DNA from: Actinomycetota bacterium
GTDB taxonomy: Bacteria > Actinomycetota > UBA4738
Reading direction: 5' to 3'
NCBI GenBank assembly: GCA_046726275.1
Contig: JBKPAF010000054.1
Coordinates: forward strand, 471 to 64,470
Length of the DNA stretch: 64,000 nt
Every line of letters starts with the position of its first letter. Position 1 is the first letter of the stretch. The notes under the pieces are model-generated. The model was not told where the DNA came from. It made no database searches and saw only the letters and a program-made list of their open reading frames with translations. Positions 45,003 to 52,444 of this stretch are shown here, in pieces. The translations under genes were made by a program, and so were the position numbers.

Positions 45003-47153
45003 GTGACCGAGCAGGGTGGAACCGGTCGGTGGCCGATGGTGCTGGTTGCCGGCGCGTTGATCGGTGTTGTCGAGGCGGTGTTCGCGGTCGCGTTCGCCTC
45101 GCTCGTCTTCGGCGGACGGATCAGCGACTACCTGGCTGAGGGCATCAGCCTGTACCTGGGTGCCGCGGTCCTGACCCTTGTGATCCTCGCATGGCGCGCC
45201 GGGAAGAGGGGTATGGTCGGCAGCCTGCAGGCGACGGGTGCGGCGCTGCTCTCGATCGTTGCCGCCACGACCGGCCTCAGGGGGAGCCCCGAGACGGGCT
45301 TCCTCTCCGTCGTCGCCGCTACTGTGGTCGTGACGGTCCTCTGCGGGGTGGTGTTCCTCGTCCTGGGGGCGCGCCGACGCGGTGACCTGATCCGGTACAT
45401 CCCTGTTCCGGTCGTCGGCGGATTCATCGCTGGGGCAGGGTGGCTGCTCCTGCAGGCCGGGGTCCACATCGCGATCGACAAGCCGCTCTTCTACACATAC
45501 CTCGACGAAATCTTCGATGGCCGAGCTGTGCGCTTGTGGCTTCCCGCCGTGGCCTTCGGCGTGGTCCTGTTCCTCGCCGTGCGGATCGTGAGGAACCCCT
45601 TCGTGATCCCGGTGACGATCGGCATCGGGCTGGTGGGATTCGCGCTCGTGACGCGCGTGATGGGGGTGTCGATCGAAGAGGCTCGTGGGGGTGGATGGCT
45701 GTTGGGACCGTTCCAGCCGGCCATGCCCTGGAAGTCCTGGAGCGTCCCGGCGCTCGCCGGGGCTGACTGGATCGCCGTCGCGCGATCCTGGGCGGCGATC
45801 GTCGTCGCGGTGATCGTCGCCGCCCTTGTGATGCTGTTCAACCTCGGTGGGACCGAGGTCGTCCTCGACCGGGATCTGGATACTGACGAGGAGCTCCGTG
45901 ACGCAGGGCTGCTGAACGTCGTCTCGGGCGCTCTCGTGGGCGGAATCCCCGGCTTCCATGCCCTAAGCCTCACGTCCCTGGCGGCCCGTATGAACGTCGA
46001 CGCGCGGCGGGCGGGCCTGGTCGCCGCCACCGTCCCCCTGGCTGTGCTGCTGCTCGGTGCAACCGTCTTCGAGCGGATCCCCAGGATGATCGTCGGCGGG
46101 ATGCTCGTGTTCCTGGGCCTGTCGTTCATCGCCGAATGGGTCTGGGAGCGGCGCAGGTTATTGCCCCGGATCGAATACGCCGTCGTCCTGGTGATCCTCA
46201 CGGTGGTCGTGGTGAGGGGGTACTTGCCGGGGATCGTCGTCGGGCTCGTGCTCGCGGTGGGACTGTTCGCAGTCAGCTACGGCCGGGTCGACCTGGTGCG
46301 CGAGGTCACCTTCGGAGACGTCTACCGCAGCAATGTCGACCGCCCGCCCGCCGAACGCGAACGCCTCCGTGCCCTCGCAGACAGCGTCCAGATCCTGCGG
46401 GTAAGCGGACACGTGTTCTTCGGTTCCACGAACCGCCTGCTCGAGCGGATCCGGGCGAGAGTCGAGGGTGACTCTCCCCCCCGTTTCCTCGTGATCGACC
46501 TACGGCGCGTGACCGGCGTCGACGCCTCCGCGGCGGCCGCCCTCGCGAGGGCGGAACGACTGACCTCCGCCCAGGGCATCGAGATCGTGCTCACGGGGGC
46601 GTCTGAGGCAGTGCGCACAAGGCTCGAGCGCGGCGGCATCCTCGGCACCCAGGGCGTCGTCTCATTCGAGGCCGACCTGGATAGCGGCTTGCAGCGCTGC
46701 GAGGAGGCGCTGCTCGAGGGTGCCACGCCCGAGGACGACGGGGTCACGAGCCCGGACGGATTGCCTCCGGGGCTCGCCCCCTACCTCGACCGCGTGCCCT
46801 TGGCGGAGGGGACCGTCCTGCTCCATCAGGACGAGCCACCGGGCGACGTCTATGTGCTTGCAGAGGGCCGCCTCGCCGTGGAGACCAGCACGCCCGAGGG
46901 TAAGCGCGTACGGGTGCGAACGCTCCGCCCCGGGGTCGTCGTTGGCGAGATCGCGCTGTATACGGGGGTGCCGCGCATCGCGGACGTCGTCGCAGAGACG
47001 CGGTGCGTGGTCCTCCGATGTTCGAGCGAGCAGATCGCACGGATCGAGGCCGAGGACCCTGATGTGGCCGCCGGGCTGCACCGTTGGCTCGCCGGCACGC
47101 TCGCAGACCGGCTGGACCACGCGACGCGCACCCTCGACGCGCTGCTGGACTGA
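45003..47153 (+). CDS. SulP/SLC26-family anion transporter fused to STAS and cyclic-nucleotide-binding domains, paralogue 1
   Basis: Track ORF of 716 aa. SulP-type IRYIPVPVVGGFIAGAGWLL plus more than 10 TM helices. STAS: LRVSGHVFFGSTNRLLERI...FLVIDLRRVTGVDASA. CNB: GDVYVLAEGRLAVE...LRPGVVVGEIALYTGVPRIADVVA. Confidence 0.85.
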   Translation: MTEQGGTGRWPMVLVAGALIGVVEAVFAVAFASLVFGGRISDYLAEGISLYLGAAVLTLVILAWRAGKRGMVGSLQATGAALLSIVAATTGLRGSPETGFLSVVAATVVVTVLCGVVFLVLGARRRGDLIRYIPVPVVGGFIAGAGWLLLQAGVHIAIDKPLFYTYLDEIFDGRAVRLWLPAVAFGVVLFLAVRIVRNPFVIPVTIGIGLVGFALVTRVMGVSIEEARGGGWLLGPFQPAMPWKSWSVPALAGADWIAVARSWAAIVVAVIVAALVMLFNLGGTEVVLDRDLDTDEELRDAGLLNVVSGALVGGIPGFHALSLTSLAARMNVDARRAGLVAATVPLAVLLLGATVFERIPRMIVGGMLVFLGLSFIAEWVWERRRLLPRIEYAVVLVILTVVVVRGYLPGIVVGLVLAVGLFAVSYGRVDLVREVTFGDVYRSNVDRPPAERERLRALADSVQILRVSGHVFFGSTNRLLERIRARVEGDSPPRFLVIDLRRVTGVDASAAAALARAERLTSAQGIEIVLTGASEAVRTRLERGGILGTQGVVSFEADLDSGLQRCEEALLEGATPEDDGVTSPDGLPPGLAPYLDRVPLAEGTVLLHQDEPPGDVYVLAEGRLAVETSTPEGKRVRVRTLRPGVVVGEIALYTGVPRIADVVAETRCVVLRCSSEQIARIEAEDPDVAAGLHRWLAGTLADRLDHATRTLDALLD

Positions 47154-47167
47154 GGTTGCAGGGCATC

Positions 47168-49360
47168 GTGTCGACGCCGCGATCCGAGGGGTGGCCCACC
47201 ACGATCGCCGCCGGCGTCATCATCGGCGCCGTCGAGACCGTGCTCGCCGTGGCGTTCGCCGCCTTCATATTCGGCGGGCTGCTCCAGGAGAACCTGCCCG
47301 ACGGCATCGGGCTGTACCTTGCTGCCGCCGCCCTGACGGTCGCGACGTTCGCGTGGCGAGGGGGCCGCCGCGGCATCGTCGGGAGCGTGCAGGACGCCGC
47401 GGCAGCCGTGCTGGCGGGTGCGGCCTCTGCCGCCGCGGCGAAGGCCGCGCAACTTCAACAGGTCGCGGCTATCGTGAAACTGAAGGACTACGAGGCCCCC
47501 GACGTTTTCCTCACCGTGATCGCGGCGACGCTGGTGGTCACGGTGCTGTGCGGGGTGTTCTTCCTGGTGCTCGGATGGCGCCGGTGGGGGAACCTTATCC
47601 GGTTCGTACCGTACCCGGTCGTCGGCGGGTTCCTGGCCGGCACGGGCTGGCTCCTCCTCACGGGCGGGATCTACGTGGCCTCGCGCGTGCAGATCCACCT
47701 CAACAGAGTCGACGACCTGGCGCGCCCGTACACCTTGGTGCGCTGGTTACCCGCCTTAGCCTTCGGGGTGATCCTCCTGCTCGCCGTGCGGATAGTGCGG
47801 AAGCCCCTGGTGATCCCGGTAATGATCGGCATCGGGCTTGCGGTGTTCGTCTTGGTCGCCCTGGCGAACGGCTCGGGTCTCGACGAGCTCCGTGAGGGCA
47901 GGTGGTTGCTCGGGCCGTTCGAGACGACCAGGCTCTGGCAGCCCTGGACGCTGCGCGCGGTCACCGGCGCGGACTGGGGGACCGTGGTCGAATCGTGGCC
48001 GACGATCGCCACCGCCGTGTTCGTCGCCGCTTTGGCCCTGCTGTTCAATATCGGAGGGACCGAGCTCTTGCTGGATCGGGACCTGGACACCAACGTAGAG
48101 TTGCGCGATGCCGGCGTGCTGAACGTCGTGTCCGGGGCGCTCGGCGGGATCCCGGGGTACCACGCGCTCAGCCTCACCGCGCTGGCGGCGCGGATGAACG
48201 TCAACGCACGCCGCGCGGGCCTCATCGGCGCATTCGTCCCGTTGGCCGCCGTTGTGGCCGGCGCCTCGGTCGTCGAGCTGATCCCACGGATGATCGTAAG
48301 CGGCGTGCTCGTGTTCCTGGGGCTCGCCTTCATCGTCGAGTGGGTCTGGGACAAGCGGAAGATCCTCTCTCGGATCGAGTACCTCGGGGTCCTTGTGATC
48401 CTCGGCATGATCATCGCCCAGGGGTACCTCGCCGGCATTGTGGTCGGCCTGGTGCTCGCAGCCCTGCTGTTCGCGTTCAGCTACGGGCGGGTTGACCTCG
48501 TGCGACAGGTCTCGTTCGGAGATACGTACCACAGCAACGTCGACCGCCCTCCCGCCGAGCGCGCGGCGCTGCGTGCACTGCGAGACCGCGTCCTGATCCT
48601 GCGCGTGAGCGGGTTCGTCTTCTTCGGCTCGACCGCCCGCTTGCTCGAGCTGACCCGGGCCAGGGTCGAGTCCTCATCACCGCGGTTCCTGGTGATCGAC
48701 CTGCGCCGCGTTACCGGCATGGACGCCTCGGCCGTCGTCGCGTTCTCCAAGGCGATGCGCGTGGCCGGCTCACACGGATCCGAGCTGGTCGTCACGGGGG
48801 CTTCCGAACCGGTGCGCGCCGAGCTCGAGCGGGGCGGGGTGACCGAGCAGGGGGGGAGCCTCCGGTTCGAGCCCGACCTCGACCGGGGTCTGGAACGCTG
48901 CGAGGATGTGTTGCTCGCGGAGGAGGTGGCGGCTGTGGGCGAGCAGGTAGCCCGAGGCCGCGACGGGCTGCCCGCCGGCTTGGCCCCCTACATGGAGCGG
49001 GTAGTGGTGAGCGAGGGCTCGGTGGTGCTGCGGCAGGACGAGCCGTCCGGCGACCTCTACGTCCTCGCGGAAGGCCGGCTGGCGGTCGAGACAGTCACCC
49101 CCGAAGGCAGGCGCGTGCGACTCAGGATCCTCCGCCCGGGGGTTGTGGTTGGCGAGCTCGCGTTCTACACGGGTGCGCCGCGCACCGCAGACGTCGTGGC
49201 CCAGACGCCCTGTGTGGTCCTCCGGTGTTCACGGGAGCAGATCGCGCGGATAGAGGCCGACGACCCCGTGGTAGCCATCGTCTTGCATCGCTGGTTCGCA
49301 GAGACGCTTGCGGGGCGGCTGAGCGAAACGATGCACACGTTCGACTCGTTGCTCGATTAG
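47168..49360 (+). CDS. SulP/SLC26-STAS-cyclic-nucleotide-binding transporter, paralogue 2
   Basis: In-frame GTG at 47168 in track ORF 47084..49360, 14 nt after the paralogue 1 stop. It is collinear with paralogue 1 end to end, for example IRFVPYPVVGGFLAGTGWLL, LRVSGFVFFGSTARLLEL, LRPGVVVGELAFYTGAPRTADVVA. Confidence 0.85.
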   Translation: MSTPRSEGWPTTIAAGVIIGAVETVLAVAFAAFIFGGLLQENLPDGIGLYLAAAALTVATFAWRGGRRGIVGSVQDAAAAVLAGAASAAAAKAAQLQQVAAIVKLKDYEAPDVFLTVIAATLVVTVLCGVFFLVLGWRRWGNLIRFVPYPVVGGFLAGTGWLLLTGGIYVASRVQIHLNRVDDLARPYTLVRWLPALAFGVILLLAVRIVRKPLVIPVMIGIGLAVFVLVALANGSGLDELREGRWLLGPFETTRLWQPWTLRAVTGADWGTVVESWPTIATAVFVAALALLFNIGGTELLLDRDLDTNVELRDAGVLNVVSGALGGIPGYHALSLTALAARMNVNARRAGLIGAFVPLAAVVAGASVVELIPRMIVSGVLVFLGLAFIVEWVWDKRKILSRIEYLGVLVILGMIIAQGYLAGIVVGLVLAALLFAFSYGRVDLVRQVSFGDTYHSNVDRPPAERAALRALRDRVLILRVSGFVFFGSTARLLELTRARVESSSPRFLVIDLRRVTGMDASAVVAFSKAMRVAGSHGSELVVTGASEPVRAELERGGVTEQGGSLRFEPDLDRGLERCEDVLLAEEVAAVGEQVARGRDGLPAGLAPYMERVVVSEGSVVLRQDEPSGDLYVLAEGRLAVETVTPEGRRVRLRILRPGVVVGELAFYTGAPRTADVVAQTPCVVLRCSREQIARIEADDPVVAIVLHRWFAETLAGRLSETMHTFDSLLD

Positions 49361-49540
49361 GCCCGGTCCTTGTAGCGTTCCGGCCAGAGCACCGCTCCAC
49401 CGGATGATCGAGCACTACTACGGCCGCCTGATCGAGGTCCATGGACGCCGAGATCGCGGCACGGTTGGGAAGCTCCCCGCGATGGGACCAGGTGGGGACC
49501 AAGCGGACGGCCGGATAACCCGCACTGCCTCTGACCTGTG

Positions 49541-49613
49541 TAGTCCCAACGGGATTCGAACCCGTGTCTCCACCTTGAGAGGGTGGTGTCCTAGGCCTCT
49601 AGACGATGGGACC
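49541..49613 (-). tRNA. tRNA-Glu (anticodon CUC)
   Basis: Reverse complement: GGTCCCATCGTCTAGAGGCCTAGGACACCACCCTCTCAAGGTGGAGACACGGGTTCGAATCCCGTTGGGACTA. It folds as a cloverleaf with a 7-bp acceptor, D arm TCTAGAGGCCTAGGA, anticodon stem CCACC/GGTGG, loop CTCTCAA, and T arm ACGGG-TTCGAAT-CCCGT. CCA is not encoded. Confidence 0.9.
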
Positions 49614-49752
49614 GTTTCGGGCGAGGCAGATTATCGCAAGCGCCCGGAGGACCGACCGGATCAAGCACGTTTCCGCTCGTGCCGATACCCTGTGTGAAGT
49701 GCCTTCCGAGTTTACCGATCTTGCCCGCGGCCAATGGGGACACATCCGGTCC

Positions 49753-50379
49753 ATGGCACGCCAGTTGCTGCCAGGGGTTGCGCTTCCCGGATTGATCTAT
49801 CTGAGCGTCTCCAGGCACGTGCCTGTATTGGTTGCGTTGGCTGCGGCCTCCTCTGTCCCTGTACTGGACATGGTCTGGCGCCTGTTGCAAGGCAAGAGGC
49901 CCACATGGGCGGGCACGGTGTTCATCGTCGCGGCTGGGATCTCCGTCACACTGGCGATCGTCCTGGACTCGCCCTTCTTCATCCTCGTCAAGGGTGCGGC
50001 GATGAGCGCTATCCTGGGGCTCGCCTTCGCCATCTCGGCTCTGATCCGTCGCCCGCTCACCCGTACCCTTGCTCTCCGGCTGTCCTCGGATCATCCCGAG
50101 AGCCGGCGTCACCTGGCCGAGCGATGGCGGCATCCCAAGGCCCACGCGGTCTTTTGCACGCTCTCGGTGGCATGGGGCGCCCTGCTCCTGGCCATGGCAG
50201 GCCAACAGGCTGCCTTGGCTGTCACGGTTTCACCGGGCATGGTCATGGCGGTCGACGGGCCCGCCCACGCCGTCCTAACCGTCCTCGGTGTGGTGTGGAG
50301 CATCCTGTACGTTCGCCGCATCCAGCTCCGCCATCCTGACCTGGGCCTCCTTCCCGTTCGAGCCCGGACCACCGCCTAA
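49753..50379 (+). CDS. Polytopic membrane protein, unknown function
   Basis: In-frame ATG at 49753 in track ORF 49606..50379; the upstream part of that ORF overlaps the tRNA. It has 5-6 hydrophobic helices and a basic loop RRPLTRTLALRLSSDHPESRRHLAERWRHPK. Confidence 0.6.
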   Translation: MARQLLPGVALPGLIYLSVSRHVPVLVALAAASSVPVLDMVWRLLQGKRPTWAGTVFIVAAGISVTLAIVLDSPFFILVKGAAMSAILGLAFAISALIRRPLTRTLALRLSSDHPESRRHLAERWRHPKAHAVFCTLSVAWGALLLAMAGQQAALAVTVSPGMVMAVDGPAHAVLTVLGVVWSILYVRRIQLRHPDLGLLPVRARTTA

Positions 50380-50518
50380 AGAATTCCTCCGGGACTTGCC
50401 GTGGCCGGTGAGGGCCGGGCAGGATAGCCGGCCGGGCCCGGACAGTCCCGCCGTCGCAGCCGTACCCCGCGGCAAGGACCTCCTGGCCGTCACGCGCTGA
50501 CATTGGAGAGGAGAGGGG

Positions 50519-51682
50519 ATGGCTCAGACAAGAACCACTACGCCGTTCGACATGACCATGGTGCAGCGGGGGGCCCGGCTGCGCCGATCGCCGTTCTTCG
50601 AGGCGACCCAGCGGTACGGCCCCAAGGGCTTCACGGTCTACAACCACACCCTGTTCCCGATCAACTTCGACGACTTCGAGGCGGAGTACTGGCACCTCCT
50701 CGAGCACGTGACGCTGTGGGACGTGGCCGTGGAGCGCAATGTGGAGGTCTCGGGGCCGGACGGATTTCGGTTCGCCCAGCTCCTCACGTGCCGCGACCTG
50801 TCGAAGTGCCAGGTCGGCCAAGGCAAGTACGTGCTCGTCACGTCGCCGGACGGCGGCATCGTGAACGATCCCGTGATGCTCCGCATCGATGAAAACACGT
50901 TCTGGTTCGCCCTGGCCGACTCCGACGTGTACCTGTACGCGATGGGCCTGGCCGCCCAGGCCGGTCTGGAAGTGCGCATCACCGAGCCTGAGGCGTACCC
51001 CATCCAGGTCCAGGGTCCGAAATCGAAGGAGCTGATGGCGGACCTGTTCGGGGACGAGGTGACCTCTCTCAAGTACTACTTCTTCGCCCGGACGGACCTC
51101 GACGGCATCCCGGTGATCGTGACACGGACGGGATGGACCTCCGAGGTCGGGTATGAGGTGTACCTGCTCGACCGCTCGCGAGGCAGCGACCTGTGGGAGC
51201 GTCTCATGGAGGCCGGGCGTCCGTACGACATCTGGCCGACCGGCCCCTCGGACATCCGCCGAATCGAGGGCGGCATCTTCAACTGGGGCGCCGACATGGA
51301 CTACTCGAACAACCCATTCGAGATGGGCCTCGACCGGCTGGTGGATCTCGACATCGAGCTTCCGTTCATGGGCAAAGAGGCCCTTCGCCGGATCAAGGCG
51401 GAGGGAGTCCGCCGGAAGATCGTGGGCGTGGAGATCGCCGGCGAGCGCCTGGAGATGAATCAGACGAAGTGGCCCGTGGAGGCGGAAGGACGGGCCGTGG
51501 GCGCGGTGACGTCCGCGATCCATTCCCCTCGCCTGGAGAAGAACATCGGCTACGCGTGGGTGCCCTTCGACCTCGCATCCCAGGGAACCGAGCTCACGGT
51601 GAGGACTCCAGACGGCACGCGGAGCGCCTCGGTCGTTCCGATGCCGTTCGTGGATCCAGGGAAGAAGATCCCGAAGTCCTGA
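50519..51682 (+). CDS. GcvT-family aminomethyltransferase (folate-dependent; substrate unknown)
   Basis: Track ORF of 387 aa with GGAGAGGAGAGGGG upstream. Motifs: LWDVAVERNVEVSGPD, IQVQGPKS, VTRTGWTSEVGYEVY, IRRIEGG. No gcvH or gcvP is adjacent. Confidence 0.8.
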   Translation: MAQTRTTTPFDMTMVQRGARLRRSPFFEATQRYGPKGFTVYNHTLFPINFDDFEAEYWHLLEHVTLWDVAVERNVEVSGPDGFRFAQLLTCRDLSKCQVGQGKYVLVTSPDGGIVNDPVMLRIDENTFWFALADSDVYLYAMGLAAQAGLEVRITEPEAYPIQVQGPKSKELMADLFGDEVTSLKYYFFARTDLDGIPVIVTRTGWTSEVGYEVYLLDRSRGSDLWERLMEAGRPYDIWPTGPSDIRRIEGGIFNWGADMDYSNNPFEMGLDRLVDLDIELPFMGKEALRRIKAEGVRRKIVGVEIAGERLEMNQTKWPVEAEGRAVGAVTSAIHSPRLEKNIGYAWVPFDLASQGTELTVRTPDGTRSASVVPMPFVDPGKKIPKS

Positions 51683-51696
51683 GAGGTCGGGTCGGC

Positions 51697-52428
51697 CTAG
51701 GCCGAGACCGGTACGAGGTTCTCTCGGGCCGGCTCGGGCTTCCGAGTGAACCGTCCGAGCAGCGCCCGGTAGGCCACGAACGACGTGACCAGGGGCAGCA
51801 CCAGGACAGGAGTGACTCCGGGGGCCGCGTGCCACATGACCAGGGCCGCGAGCCCGAGGGCCGTGTTCGCCGCGAAGTGCAGCGCGTTCTCCGGAAGCGG
51901 GGACAACAGGACGGACTGGAAGGGCTGCCCGGAGGCCAGTGAGATCACCAGCGCCACCAGGCCGGCGTTGATGACGGCGTAGAGAACCATGCCCACGCCC
52001 ACAGCGATGAAGGTCATCGGGCGGAGGACACCGGGAGATTTCAGGGCGTCCACCGCGACCTGGGCGGCGCCGAGCGCCAGGAGGAACTGTGCCGCGTTGA
52101 AGACCAGCTTGTGGGGGGCCCGTCGCCGCGACACCTGACCCAGGAGCACCCCAGCGGCGACGGCCATCGTCACCACGCTCGGGCGGGCGAGGACCAGACC
52201 ACCGATCCACAGGGCCTCGGTGAGCGAGAGGTTCAGGTGCTCGCTGCCGAACCGGATCGGGATCTGGAACTGCTCGGTCAGAACGATCCCCGCGGTGAGG
52301 AGAAGGAAGGCCGCGAGGTCCAGGCCGCCCCAGCGAGACAGATCGGGGACCCGCAGCAGGAGGCAGGCTGCCCCACCAGCCGCCACGACGGCGATCAGGG
52401 CTTGAGCCTGGATGGGTAGCCTTCTCAT
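51697..52428 (-). CDS. 7-8 TM membrane protein (resembles stand-alone N-terminal sensor modules of HD-GYP/GGDEF proteins)
   Basis: The in-frame ATG at 52428 (residue 124 of track ORF 51697..52797) lies 16 nt after the S8 stop. The ORF part upstream of it is an alternate-frame reading of the S8 repeat. Confidence 0.6.
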   Translation of the reverse strand: MRRLPIQAQALIAVVAAGGAACLLLRVPDLSRWGGLDLAAFLLLTAGIVLTEQFQIPIRFGSEHLNLSLTEALWIGGLVLARPSVVTMAVAAGVLLGQVSRRRAPHKLVFNAAQFLLALGAAQVAVDALKSPGVLRPMTFIAVGVGMVLYAVINAGLVALVISLASGQPFQSVLLSPLPENALHFAANTALGLAALVMWHAAPGVTPVLVLPLVTSFVAYRALLGRFTRKPEPARENLVPVSA

Positions 52429-52444
52429 CTCGATCGCCTCCCTA

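Larger units (their letters stand above)
44727..49540. mobile_element. Integrase-less tRNA-Glu-proximal island (younger insertion, anticodon-loop sublocation) carrying only two SulP-STAS-cNMP genes
   Basis: It is bounded by the 46-nt repeat and the intact tRNA-Glu 3' end. I recognised no recombinase, excisionase or phage/ICE gene in any frame. Confidence 0.45.

Noticed and set aside
42355-49360. A Pycsar-like antiphage system, with a class III cyclase plus effectors that have cNMP-binding and TM domains.
   Set aside because: The cyclase and the cNMP-binding proteins are not in one operon. They are on opposite strands, separated by a TolB-like gene and an att-like repeat. The membrane domains are full SulP/STAS transporters, not minimal TM effectors. 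The cyclase carries an HTH and is frameshifted. I kept only the weaker idea of a cNMP-regulated transport module.
50380-50518. A possible glycine or THF riboswitch upstream of the GcvT-family gene.
   Set aside because: I could not find the conserved glycine-riboswitch core or a THF-like fold by eye, only generic GC hairpins. A covariance-model scan would be needed to decide. Not called.
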